A DNA stretch of 60,453 bases from Fonticula alba ATCC 38817 (lineage: Eukaryota > Protista > Nucleariida). The position numbers and the translations under genes are program-made. The DNA lies in assembly GCA_000388065.2 (NCBI GenBank), contig KB932201.1; one strand, 5' to 3'. A model generated the notes under the pieces. That model saw only the letters and a list, made by a program, of their open reading frames with translations. It was not told where the DNA came from and searched no databases. Shown piece by piece: positions 11,456 through 23,678 of the stretch. The stretch's first letter is position 1. The number at the start of each line of letters is the position of its first letter.

Positions 11456-13608
11456 CAGCGTGTCCAATGGATGCGATCGCGTGGAAATAACTGCCACTCG
11501 TCCACGCGCCCGAGCGTGGAAAATAGAACTAATGGCAGACACATAGGAAGATGCACCTCGTGCGGTAGAGGGCTCTGGCTCGATGCAATCCCACAGGGCA
11601 AACCTCCCACGGTAGGCGCTGGCAACAGTACAACCAGCTGCTGAGATGCCAAGAGCACCCGGACAGGGGGAGGCGGCCAAAGAGATGAGCGAGACGCGCA
11701 CCCATATTTGTCCTTCCCAGGTCTGGCCGCCCCAGCCCCAGGGTCTGTGCCCTGTGTAGAGCCTCCCCTCCACGGGGGGCTACTCCTCCGGTTTCCCGGG
11801 AGGCACATATCCGGGAAGGGCATCAGCCAACTGGCCGACGAGGCAAAGGAGGGGGCGAGGAGCGGGGCACAGCCACCCACGAGCCAAGAAACAGGCAGGC
11901 CGAGCCAGAAAGAGGAGATCCGCCCCAGCGCGGAACCCCTGGGGGCTACAAAAACTCCCTCGTCCACAGAGAGGGGTAGGAGCGCCCCACCACAGCCGAT
12001 CCTCATGGATGTCACCACCATCGCTTGCCCTCGCCCTCTCCCGGGGGCCCCTTTCCACAGGACAGGAAACATGCGGCACATAACCCTGCCTGCTGTATCC
12101 AAACACAGAGCCAGTCCCCCTCCCCACACCTTGGATCGGCAGCCCAAGCGTGAAACGAGGGTAGAGCTACTTGCCCAGAGCCAGGAGAGAGGTAGACCCG
12201 CTTTCAAGCTCTCTCTCTCTCATCTCCCTCCTACTCGCCGGCTGGACACAAAAATGGCCAGGCCGAAGAGGGGAAGACCCCCCCCCCCCCCCCGAAGTAA
12301 CAGCAGGAAGACGAGATGTCCAACATGCGTCCTCACCCACAGGAGAGGCCCCAACCAGGGCATCCACCCGGACACCAACGCCAAGGACCAAAAATACCCG
12401 GATCGGAACTTATACGAATGCCCGCGTGACTGTGTGCGTGATGTGCCCATCTTGTGCGTGATCTCTCGCGGTTGTCAACCCAAATCCCAACGGGCGCACC
12501 AGGCCCCTTTTCAGGCAGGGGCGGTCCCCTCTCATCGTCATTAGCACCACCCTTTCGTGCCTGAGAAGGGCCAGCCCTGCGAACGTGCGGCAGCACAGGG
12601 CAAGAACATGTTTGCAGGCATTTTGGGGACCGGGAAGCGGGGGAGGCTGGGTGTGGTCGTCCGGGCTGCAAGCCCGGACGAGGAGACACCAACCGCATGA
12701 GGTTCCCCTTGGGGGGTTGAAAATCCAGGCCCCTGGGGCCCTGTTCCTCTGTCTTTTGTGCCGGGCACCCGGGTCGCCCTTTTTCCATTCGTCTTGGTGA
12801 CGACGGCCTGGCCCAGGGAAAGGACCCAACAGGCAGCACGAGGAAAGACCGCCCCGGGTGGGCCAAGCAACCGAGAGAGGGGACGCTCGGCCCCTCCCCC
12901 CCCCCTGCATTGTGGGAATGTGGGACCATTGGCAGTAGGTTGTTTACCCGGAAGATCTTTGTCCTTCCGTATGCCGGCATCCATCCTCGCTGCCGTGCTG
13001 TGATGGCGCACTCCTCGTTCGCCGCTCTCCGGGGGCGCCGGGCTTGCGTGGCCCGGCGCGGAAGATCGCCGAGTCGCGATGTCGCGGGAGCAGCGACAAA
13101 AGGAACGGCCAGGCCGCTGGCGAAGAAGGAGCAGACACACACCTCTACCCAACAGCCGTGCGCGCGTGGAGGGTGCGGCTCCAAGGCCACCGTGCCCGGT
13201 GAACAGGCCCGGGTTGCGGGTGCCTGCGCGGTTGGGCGAAAAAATGAGCACCGACCACGGGCAAGAAGGCACCCTGTCGCCCGACGAACAGCCACAGCCC
13301 CAAAAAAAAAAAGGAACTGCCCAAGGCCCCGCCGGCGAAAAGGAATGAAGGCATGGACAGGGGCGGAGACCCGGTGGCCCCGGCACAGATGGCCTACGAT
13401 TGAAGTGGCAAAAATGTGTGCATATGTGTGTGCATGCCGGGGGGGAGGGGGGGGGCCGGGAGGCGGCACACTCAGCACGCCGGCGATCTGGCATAGCACC
13501 CCCGTCCCAGATGTCGCACGAAGAGGATGCATACGACACCCCTGCAGCCGGGACAAACATCCAAGAGAACATCACTCCCACTCCTCCTTGCCTCCTCCCC
13601 CTCCACAC

Positions 13609-13646
<38 letters not shown>

Positions 13647-13739
13647 CTTCGTCCCCCGTTCCTCCTCCTCTGCTCCCCGCCAATCCACCTGCCCTTCATT
13701 ACACGCCCCCGCTCGCGGCCCACAGGCTTCATCACTTCC

Positions 13740-15428
13740 ATGGGCACTCACGTCCATGATGGCCATGCGGCGCTTGACCGCTTGACTCTGCCTCGGGATG
13801 GCTCGGACGCCGAGCTTTCCGGGCTTTTGCTTCAGGACATGGAGTGTGGCAACACCCCGGCCGCCATGAGCACCTCTCACTTGCTCGAGCGTCCGGCGAT
13901 CCTCCCCTGCGGGCATGACTGCCTGGCGGACGTACACAGTCCGCCGGTGAGCTGCGTCGTCGGGGGCCAGTGTTCGGCCGACCTGTGCCAGCCGCCGCTC
14001 GAGCTGCTGAGCATTACCTCGCTCGATGTGGTTGAGGCCCCCTTGCCGGCTGGGCACTTTGCGGTGTTTTCCTTCGGCATGTCAACCTTCCGGACAAGTG
14101 TACGCATCGCCTATTGCCTCGGTATTCATGCTTCGCCATGGTCACCCTCGGCCAGAGCTTTGCCAGATGTCCATATGGCTGCTATATTTACACATGAGCG
14201 CACACGCACATACACGCATTTGCGACTGCCCTCGGCATCAGGTATTTCGCGACGGTCGCTCGCCGCTTCCGGAGGGCAACCTATTGGCCTTTCTCCTTGT
14301 GAGGTCGTATGAGACCCAGTACCCGCTGAAGATCTCCCTCTATCGCCATCGGCGCCTGGCCAGCAGCAACGAGCTCATTGGCGAGGGGTATGTGGATGTG
14401 GCCCTCCTCCGACGGGACGACCGCCAACAGTTCTCCATTCCCTGCATCATGGTATGCCTGTCTGTTGTTAGCGCTGATGTTGCTGATGCTGCTGCTGCTG
14501 CTATACAAATACCGCTGGTGCTGCTCTTTTGCCCTCCCTCGCTGACCATGCGTCGCTTCATGCTCCGTGTTGGCCCTCTCCAAAAACGCCCGTCTGCCCA
14601 GTCCCCGACCGGTTCCAGCGAAGCGACCTTCACCTTGACGATCGCTGGCCGGCTGCTTTCCTGGCGTGCTATCCAAGAGTCCTTCTTCGCGCACGCTGAC
14701 GCGGCTCTCGGTGGCCAATGTCTTGAGGGTGCGCCAGTCCGCCGCAAAGACCACAATAGGCCCATGTCTCTTCACCCAGGTACTGACAAAGCCAGGCGTA
14801 GACGTACCTCTGGACCGTTTGGCCACCCTGCTCGACCAGTGGACAATGCATGTTTGCTCGGCCTTCGAGAACCTCGAAACGGCCGGCCCACTGGCCAAGC
14901 GCTACCTGCTGGTACATAGCTTGACGTATACGCTCCTACATGCACCGAGCCAGAGGGTTCTCGGGCTGCTGTCAGGAGATGCGCCCGCAAATGGGACTGG
15001 TACCAGCACACTGTCCTTGTCCTCGGGCGGCTCTTGCCATGTGCGCTCATCGTCTCCCCCCCCCTACCACGCCCTTTTTCAGTCTGACTCCCTCCCGGAT
15101 GATCCCGCGGCTGCCTATCCGGTAGCCGCTTCGACGGAGTACCTGGCCGAGTTGGACCGTGCCCTGGGCGAGGCTGGCGCTGATATGGTGCTCTCCCTGC
15201 CCGAGGAGATGACCCACGCGTATTCCGAGAACCCATTCATTGTTGGGGCCTTCTTTTCAGAGGCACAGGCGCGGCGAGGTCGCATCGCGCGAATCCTTCG
15301 CCGGCCACATCGCGCAGGGGATCTAAAGAGTACGCATCCCCCCTGTGCCAAGTCAAATATTGCCCCCCTCTCTCCTGGTGTCAGTGTTCTCCTGTGTGAC
15401 TTGTATGCATGCGCAGATATGTGTCTGC

Positions 15429-15459
<31 letters not shown>

Positions 15460-16902
15460 ACCTGACACCCGGTCTCATTTTCCTGGGGGGGGAGGCGGAC
15501 AGTCGGCCCACTGAGCGCCGCATGGCCGGCATTTGTCGCCCACAGGGAGCTATGGCTCCCCGCGGCGGTGGCATGCGCCCTGCTGGCCACGATCAGCCTG
15601 CTGGCACTCGGACCCCCGCAGCACCTGGCCGCTGTGGCCCTGGCTCTGGCAGCCGCGACCCTGACTAACCCCGAGTCGCGGTCGCACCTTGCCCCTCGGG
15701 CGTTGCTGGATTTGCTCCATCGATCAGGCTCCATCAGTGTCGTGGATCGAGCCACTGGGCTGGCCATGGTGGAGACCATCCCCTCGGCGGTGCGGCTGTC
15801 CATTCGGGCCCTCTACAACCAAAACCAGCTCCTTCGCCGAAGCCTGGAGTCGGCCACCATCCGGAATCTCTTCCTCCGGCTGAGCATCCGCCAGGGGCGT
15901 AAGTACAACGACCCACGCAGTGCCCAGTACATCGCGGGCTTTGTGGACTTCCATCAAATCAACATGGAAGACTTCGAGGCGCCGGCTCCCGGCCGGCCGG
16001 ATCAGCACTATGGCTATCAGACCTTCAATGAGTTCTTCTTCCGGCCTCTTCGGCCCGGGGCCCGGCCTATGGCCAGTCCCGGTGATGAGCGCATTTGCCT
16101 GGTCCCGGCGGATTGCCGCTTGACGCTCTTCCGAACGGTGAACGATGCCACGCGACTCTGGATCAAAGGGCGGAACTTCAGTTTGGAGGCCCTCCTCCGG
16201 CTGGACTTGGCCCCGGGCGGGCTCAGCCTGGATGCCAGCCGCTTCCATCATGGAGCCCTGGCCCTGTGTCGTCTGGCACCGCAAGACTATCACCGGTTCC
16301 ACTCGCCAGTGGCCGGCCGGGTGGTTGCGTGCATCGACGTGCCGGGGGCCCTGTATTCGGTCAATCCGATGGCCATCCGAGGCACGGAGATCGACGTGCT
16401 GACGGACAACAAGCGTGTGGTATGTCCTGACACTTGCTCCTCTCTGCCGACTTGCCCCACATCCCGTGCATCAGCTCGTGCTAACCGATGTGTCGCCCCT
16501 CTTTCCTCTCTCCCCACTCTCTCCACTCTCTCCACTCTCTCCACTGTCTCCACTCTCTCCACTCTCTCCACTCTCTCCACTCTCCCTCTCTCTCTCCCCC
16601 TCTCCTCCCCCTACCAGGTGCTTGTTATTGACTCGCCGGAATTCGGCCTGGTGGCTTATGTCATTGTGGGCGCCATGATGGTCGGGTCGATCGTCTTCAC
16701 CGGGCCCCACCGGGTAGGTGAGGAAATCCGCCGATTTGATGAAATCGGCTACTTTGCATTCGGTGGCAGCACAGTGGTCTGCCTCTTTGAGCCCGGGCGC
16801 TTCACGCCAGATTCCGACCTCGAGCGCAACAGTCAGCGCCCGATCGAGACTCTTGTTCGTGTCGGCACGTCCATGGGAACGGCGGCTGCTGGGCTGCGGT
16901 AG
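13740..16902 (+). CDS. PSD2: Phosphatidylserine decarboxylase proenzyme, Psd2-like with C2 domain, ~810 aa
   Basis: Exons 13740-14099, 14242-14451, 14602-14728, 14796-15329, 15503-16419, 16618-16902 with consistent phases. Motifs DRATG..VETIP, QGRKYNDPRS, TFNEFFFRPLRPGARP, PADCRL, RLAPQDYHRFHSPV and the self-cleavage motif FAFGGSTVV. C2-like LKISLYRHRRLASSNELIGEGYVDV. Start codon and N-terminal exons are less certain. Confidence 0.92.
16505..16585 (+). repeat. 9-bp tandem repeat (CTCTCCACT)n in PSD intron 5
   Basis: Direct reading, about 8 copies; appears as TLS repeats in the ORF track. Confidence 0.85.
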
Positions 16903-17543
16903 GGCAGTGTAGATGGCGCCTGGCCTTGGCGCCGCGTGCCCTCGGTCCCCCCTCCCCCCCCCCCTCCCCCGGTGCCCCAGTCTGAATGGCGATCAGGGCG
17001 TCCATTCTCCGCCAACAGCCGCGCTCGCACACACCAGCCGAGGCAACGAGCTATGGCGCGCACGTGAGGGAGCTGCAGACAGCGAGCAAAGAATAGACTA
17101 TTTGATCACGTGTGTTTGCTGACGAGTTTCTTGAGTTGTAGCATGTCGGCCAGCGTCTCCCGCCTTGCGGCCTGAGGGGCAGGGAAGACACAGCCGTGCA
17201 CCATGACAAGACCAGGCCTCTGACACACAGACCGGCCCCGGGCCCGAGCTCCCTCTCCTCGCCGGGCCAGGGCGCACGATGTGCGGATATGCAAGAGCTG
17301 CCCCCCCCCTCCCGTCCCAAGCCGCGCGCACATGGCCCCCGAGACAAGCTGGCGCGCGGCGCGGCACCTCCAGAGAGGAAGGCCAGCCCGAGAGGGGGCA
17401 GCAAAATAGCAGACACAGGCAAAATGCACTCGCTCTCGGCCCCAGCAATTCTCTTCACCCCCTCCGTTTCCACTGCGCGCGTGGAGAAAAAGGCCATACA
17501 CACACACACACACACCGCCCCATGCCGGAGGATGGCGTGGAAA

Positions 17544-17587
<44 letters not shown>

Positions 17588-18068
17588 CCGCCATGCGTGC
17601 ATCCCCCTTCGATGAACAGAGAGAGACAGAGAAGGAGAGACAAAGAGGAACACACGAGGGGGAGGGGGGGGGAGGGGGGCGGCACAACGTGTGGAAGAAC
17701 TTCTACATTCACAAAAGCAGCGATGGAACGAGGGGCAACTAAACACTGGAGAGGCAATGTGTATCACTTTGAGCGCCGAACCAGGCCCCGGGGTACCGCG
17801 GAATGCACGGGGAGGCATACACGGGCACACACGAGCGAGAGAGAGAGTGAAGGAGAGATGGAGGGGAAGAAATACGAAGAAAGAGAGGCCGTCGAGAGTT
17901 TGCGCGCACGCGGGGGGGGGGAACACGTTGTGCACGGGCACACGCGCGCAATGCCGGACTCTCTCCCTTGCTCGCACATCACACACCAGGGGAACACACC
18001 CCTGGCGCCCGCCAAAATCACATCTCCCAACCTAGAGAGGCAGGGACCACAAGGCAGCAACGGCGCAT

Positions 18069-19390
18069 TTACTTGCGGCGACGGCCCTTGGAGGAGGTGT
18101 CCTCAACAACATCGGCAGCATCGTCGGCGGTGGCGATGGCGCGAGTGTAGATGGTCTGAGCGTTGTGAGAAACGACGAGGCGGATCTTGCCCTCGGTGTG
18201 CATGCCCTACACGCGCGCGAAAGGGGAAAGGAGGAAGGGGCCACATGTGCCAGCGGAGGAGAGGGGATGTTAGGAGGGGAAACACGGCATGCGGGCGGTC
18301 AAAATCGCAAATGAAAGGAGACAAGGGAAGCGGACTGGCGCCTGGGAATGCGCGATGTCACGCCCCGGACGATGCGCGCGCACGCGCGCAAGTGCGGGGG
18401 AGACACGGCGGCAAACCAAGGCGCATGAGAGAGAGAGAGCCGAAACTGGGGCGCACCTTGAGGACGCTGCGAGCAACGGAGCAGTTGATCTTGTAGCGCT
18501 CAACAAGGATGGAGGGGGTGATAACCTTGGCGGTGGTCATCTCCTTGTTGATGCGGTCGATGGTCTCGGGGGAGAGGATGACAACGTTGTCAGCCTTGTC
18601 CTTGACCTTACCCTTGGACCACTTCTTCTTCTTGGAGCGGGACTGAGAGGCGGCGGCAGCGGCCTTCTGCTGCTTGGTCTTGATTTGCTTGGCCTATCGT
18701 AGATGCGGGCAGGGGGAGGAGCGAGAAGAGCGGGTCGTTAGTGGGAGGGGAACATTGGCACGGCCGGCACGAGGAGAGAGGCCACGTGCTGGTGGATGGG
18801 CGAGAGAGAGAGAGAGAGAGAGAAAGAGGAAGGAGAAACGGAGGGCCGTCGGATGCAACTCCAAAAAGATGCATCCGGTGGGGTAGACGACTCGGTTGGA
18901 AGTGGGAAATCGGAGACAGACGGCAACCAGCGGTGTGCGCCCCCACAACGGAGGCAGGACGACAACAGTATGTCGCCTCCAATGTGGTGCGCGACATCAG
19001 TGGGGCCGGAGGGGGAGGCACGGAGACCGCGGGCACAAGCAGAAAAGGGAGACATGGGTCCGCCCTGTCGTGCACATATGCGCCGCGCATCGACGACTGG
19101 GCGAGCCGCGCCCCTGAGAGAGGGGACGCATGCGAGCGCCTGGCCAGCCAGTCGACATGTATGCGCAGGTGCGCGCGGACAGGCGCGCACATGGACACAA
19201 TCTCCGAGCACGGGCACAACTGTCTGTCCAACTCCAAGAGAGCCATCGAGAGAGAGAGAGAGAGAGGGGAGGGGAGGGTGGGCGAGATGGGGCGAGGGAA
19301 GAAGGCGCAAATGCAAGGGAAACAGGGGGAGGAGAGGGCAGGAGAGCGAGAGAAAGAGCCAGAGGAGAGGAGGAAAAAACGACGAACCAT
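18069..19390 (-). CDS. RPS25: 40S ribosomal protein S25 (eS25), ~125 aa
   Basis: Exons 19390-19388 (ATG only, donor GTTCGT), 18693-18457 and 18206-18069. Protein has KKKWSKGKVKDKADNVV, ITPSILVERYKINCSVAR and SHNAQTIYTRA. Branch point ACTAAC at about 18737-18742. The first exon is the least certain part. Confidence 0.93.
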
Positions 19391-21690
19391 TCTTACTACC
19401 CACAAAGTACAGACAGAGACTGAAAGTATTAAGAATGTGTGAGAGAGACCACTGCGGCGTGGGTGGCGGTGGGCTATATCCACTTATAGGCGCCCACGAC
19501 CACACCCAGACGGAGTCCCTCCGGGCCGGGGCGTCGGGGAACTTGTCCGGCGCCCGTCGCCCCGCCCGGGGGGACCACAGACACACACACACACACTTAC
19601 AGCTTTCTCGGCTCCCCCTCCCCGCCGCCAGGGGCAGATGGGGGGGGATCTTTCGGCCGGTCCCCGCTCGGTGCCCCGTTCTCGCAGGAAGGAGGGGCGG
19701 GGGGGGGGGGGAGCCAGAGGGATCGCGTCCCGGCCACACGTTCACACTGCGTCCCCCCCCCCCCGGACCTCGCCCGTCACCCTTGTGCCGGGAGAAGGGG
19801 GCAACTGATCGAGAGGATCGCGCCGGGAGGACACCTCTGACAGAGGGAACTTCCTCCCCCCCGAGCTGCGCAGCTCGCGGTCCGCACGCACAATAGCCAG
19901 CCGTGGGAAGCCGCAGGGCCCCCGGTGATGCGCCCTGTCACGGCATACCTCCCAGCAAGCCTCCCAAGATGACCGTTGGTTGGTTATCCCATATCCCCGA
20001 CCCCCCCCCCCCACGGCCAGAGACAGCACGCCGGCACCGACTCCCCCACCCCTCGGTGCCACAGGTGGAGGCCCTCTGGGCCTCAATCCGAGAGCCACCA
20101 GCCAGCCGCCCCCGTCAGCTACAGCCCCTCGGTCAAGCCCGCACGCACCAAGGCCCACACTCCTACACCGGGGGCCGGGGGAGGGGGCAGAACGCTCGCC
20201 CCCCCCCCTCCCGCACACACCCTCTTGCCACCACCCCCCAGCCGCTGGCATCGAGTTCATACCGGATGGGGTCGACACCCGGAACGGGCGGGGGCGACCC
20301 CGCTCGCCACCTACACCGAGCTGACCACTATCGTCGCAGACAAATGTTCCAACACGGCCGGAGGTGGCGAGGAAGTCACTGCGTGAAGCTCGCCCAAAAA
20401 GCCGGCGGGCGTGAAGGCCGCCCCCTGAGAACCCGCAGACAACAGAACACCGGGGGGGGGGGGGAAGGGGCAGGGACCATGGGCGGGGAAAGAGGAAAGG
20501 GCCGTCCCACCCCCGGTGGAGGCACAGGCAGCGCATTCGGCCAGCCACTGAGCTCACCACAGGGGCTACGATTTTCGGAAGAAAAGACTTTTATTATGAC
20601 ATTTTTAATGAGGACACATCTCAAATATGATCCGCCTGACACCGGCGTGATCGTCCGCACAATTCCAAACAGCTCTGCCCCCTTCTCTTCCACACTTTCT
20701 GGGTGCCATTGGGGAGGTGTGGACCGCCCGGGGCGTCTTCGCTCAAAGAGAGGGCGTGCCGGCCCAACACGAGCGGGTCCCTGCGTCCCCGTTGCAGACG
20801 AGCCCGAGGAGAGGGATCTCCTGGCCGAGGTGGCGGGCGTCCTTCCAGGGGTGACGGCCATCACTCTCGGTCGACACTCTTGAGTCTGCTTGGAGTGGGG
20901 GTGGGGCCGGGCCCGGGCGCGGTTCAGTGTACAACCTGGCTCTTTCCGGGGGGCCGAGTGTTTGTTTGGGCCCATTTTCCCAGAGAGGTGTGCCGCGTTC
21001 CCCTTTCGGCTGGCGATGTTTCAGTCCGGGGCACTCGAAGGGCGAGGCCAGCCGGCCCCAGCGGCACCCCGGGGCCCATTGTGCGAGGCACCGGCGTGCG
21101 GGGCCTGGTGATGGGGGACCCTTTGCCGGCCCCACCCTGGAGGAGGCCTCTCGAAGGCGCTACTCGGAGAGACTGCACCCCCGGGCGTGCGTGCCTGCCA
21201 CACCTGCCCAGTGGCTCCGGCGCAGGAGACAGGGCGGCCGGGCTCGATCTTTCGTTCCCCGGGGCCCGGGGTGCTTCCAGCAGCCCCCCATCATTTGTCG
21301 GGAGAAGGCCCCGGGCCGCGGTTCCCTCCGGTGTCGATCGTGGTATGGAAGGGTCTCCCTTGTTCGCCCTTCCTACCGGGACGGTCTCCTTCCCAGGGCC
21401 CCGCCAATGGCCCGAATATTCCTCAAGGCGAAGGGGCAGATGCGCGTCAAGCGGGGCAGGGGCAGAGGAGAGCAGGAGGATTGGTGGGCCCTGGTGGATC
21501 AACAGCCGAGGATATGCNNNNNNNNNNCCCCGCCCCCCCCGCCCCCGCTTCGATGTGGGGGTTGCCCGGCTTGGGTGTGTGGGTCCATCCAAGAGGAGGC
21601 ACGCCCATGGCTTGCTGTGGAATTTGCGCGACCAAAGACCCCTCCATCTTTCCTCCCCCTCTCCGTGCCTCTCCTCCACACATCTTGCAT

Positions 21691-22798
21691 ATGGACGAAC
21701 AAAAATTCAAACTGGGGACATCCCCCTCACTGGGGCCCCTTGGCAGCAAGACTCTCGATGAGCCGCGCCTGTTCGAGGTGTCCTGGGAGGCTTGTAATCG
21801 CGGTGCGCTCTGGATGTCACCATGTGCCGGGGCCAGCTGGCCGATCTAACCTGAAGCGCCTTCGCCCTGTCTTCTGTCATCCGGGATTCTCCGTGCAGTT
21901 GGCGGGATTTACACTGTCCTGAAGACCAAGGCCGCGACTACTGTCGAGGAGTTTGGCGATCGGTACGTGCGACTTTCGAGTCCGGAAATGTCCACAAAGG
22001 CCCCCTCATCTTGGTGACCATGGGCATGCGGATCTCCTTCCCTCCTTCGCCTCCCCGCCCCCTCTCCCCCTCTCTCTCTCTCTCTCTCTCTCTCTCCCCC
22101 TCGCCTCCTCGCCCTCTCTTCCCGTCCTCCGTCGCCACTTCCTTACATCACCCCTCCGGTCGACCCAAAGCTACTGCCTCATTGGGCCGTATTCCAACAA
22201 CTCGCAGCTGGAGTTCGAGCCGGACTACCATCTGAATGGTGCCAGCCCGGCCCTGCGGCGGACCATCGAGGAGATGCGCGGCCAGGGTGTCGTCGTACAC
22301 TACGGCCGGTGGCTGATCAGCGGCTATCCATCGATCCTGCTCTTCGAGTTGGGCCCTGTGTCGGGGCGTCTCGGCGAGTGGCGGCACAACTGGATCAACT
22401 TGACCAAGATCCCCACCCCCGAGCAGGACACCGAGACCAATGATGCCATCCTTTTTGGATACCTGGTGGCCTGGTTCCTGGGGTCCTACCTGGCCCAGTA
22501 CCAACGGTACCTGGACGAGATGCGCCCCGGGGTTGAGGACGAGATCACCCCGCAGGTGATTGCGCACTTCCATGAGTGGCAGGTCGGCGTGGGGTTGGTC
22601 CTCTGCCGGGCGCGCATGTTCCGCATCGCCACCCTCTTCACCACGCATGCCACTCTGCTTGGTCGATACCTGTGTGCTGGTGACGTGGATTTCTACAACA
22701 CCTTCTCGCATGTACGTGTTGTATTCGGCCTTCCGGATAATGTGTACATGTTCGCGCAAATGCCCGTGCATATTGCCCATCACGCCCCGGTCGATACT

Positions 22799-22841
<43 letters not shown>

Positions 22842-23638
22842 AGCTGCTGCCTTGCAGAGTCCGCGCCCGTTAGGGGCAGCTGCGCGCCCGCCCTAGTCGG
22901 GACCGGGGACATCACCGGGGGGCCGCGTCTGTTCCCATTATCTCGCCCCAAGTGCCAACGGTCGCCGTGTTGGCGGACCGTCGTTTCCGCCGTTTTGTGG
23001 CTGACTGTGTCTGTCCTCGCCCCCCCGCCCCCCCTCCTCCCTGGCTGATACAGGTGAACGCCGACTTCGAGGCCTCCAAACGCCAAATCTACCACCGGTA
23101 TGCCATTGAGAAGGCTGCCGCCCACAGTGCACACACCTTCACCACGGTGTCCAAGATCACTGGCGATGAGGCCCTGTACCTTCTGGGCCGGGCGCCTGGT
23201 ATGTTCCTCCCCCCCCCTCCCTTGCCGCGCTTCCCCCTTGTTCTCGCCCCGACGCCCCCGCCCCCTCTGCCCTGCCCTCGCCCTTCTCCACGTCTTTCCT
23301 CCTGTCTCTTTTCGGCGTTTTGCCTCCCCTTTCTGTGCCCCCCCCCCCCCCCCGCCGCTCTCTCTCCGGCTCCCTGCTAGGTCCGGGCCACTCACCCGCC
23401 GCGCGCGCCCCACCAGACATCATTACCCCCAATGGCCTGAATGTGGTCAAGTTCAGTGCCCTGCATGAGTTCCAGAATTTGCACGCCCTGAGCAAGGAAA
23501 AGATCCATGACTTCGTGCGCGGGCACTTCTATGGCCATTACGACTTCGATCTCGACAACACCCTCTACTTCTTCACGGCCGGGCGCTATGAGTACCGCAA
23601 CAAGGGCGTGGACATCTTCATCGAGTCTCTCTCCCGTG

Positions 23639-23678
<40 letters not shown>

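Noticed and set aside
8700-13700. Many 100-400 aa ORFs on both strands (e.g. 9084-9971, 11176-12207, 12333-13556)
   Set aside because: Arg/Pro/Gly-rich translations crossing microsatellites and homopolymers with no motifs; expected in GC-rich non-coding DNA.
16505-16585. Short regular repeats as a possible CRISPR-like array
   Set aside because: A 9-bp head-to-tail repeat with no spacers, inside a eukaryotic intron.
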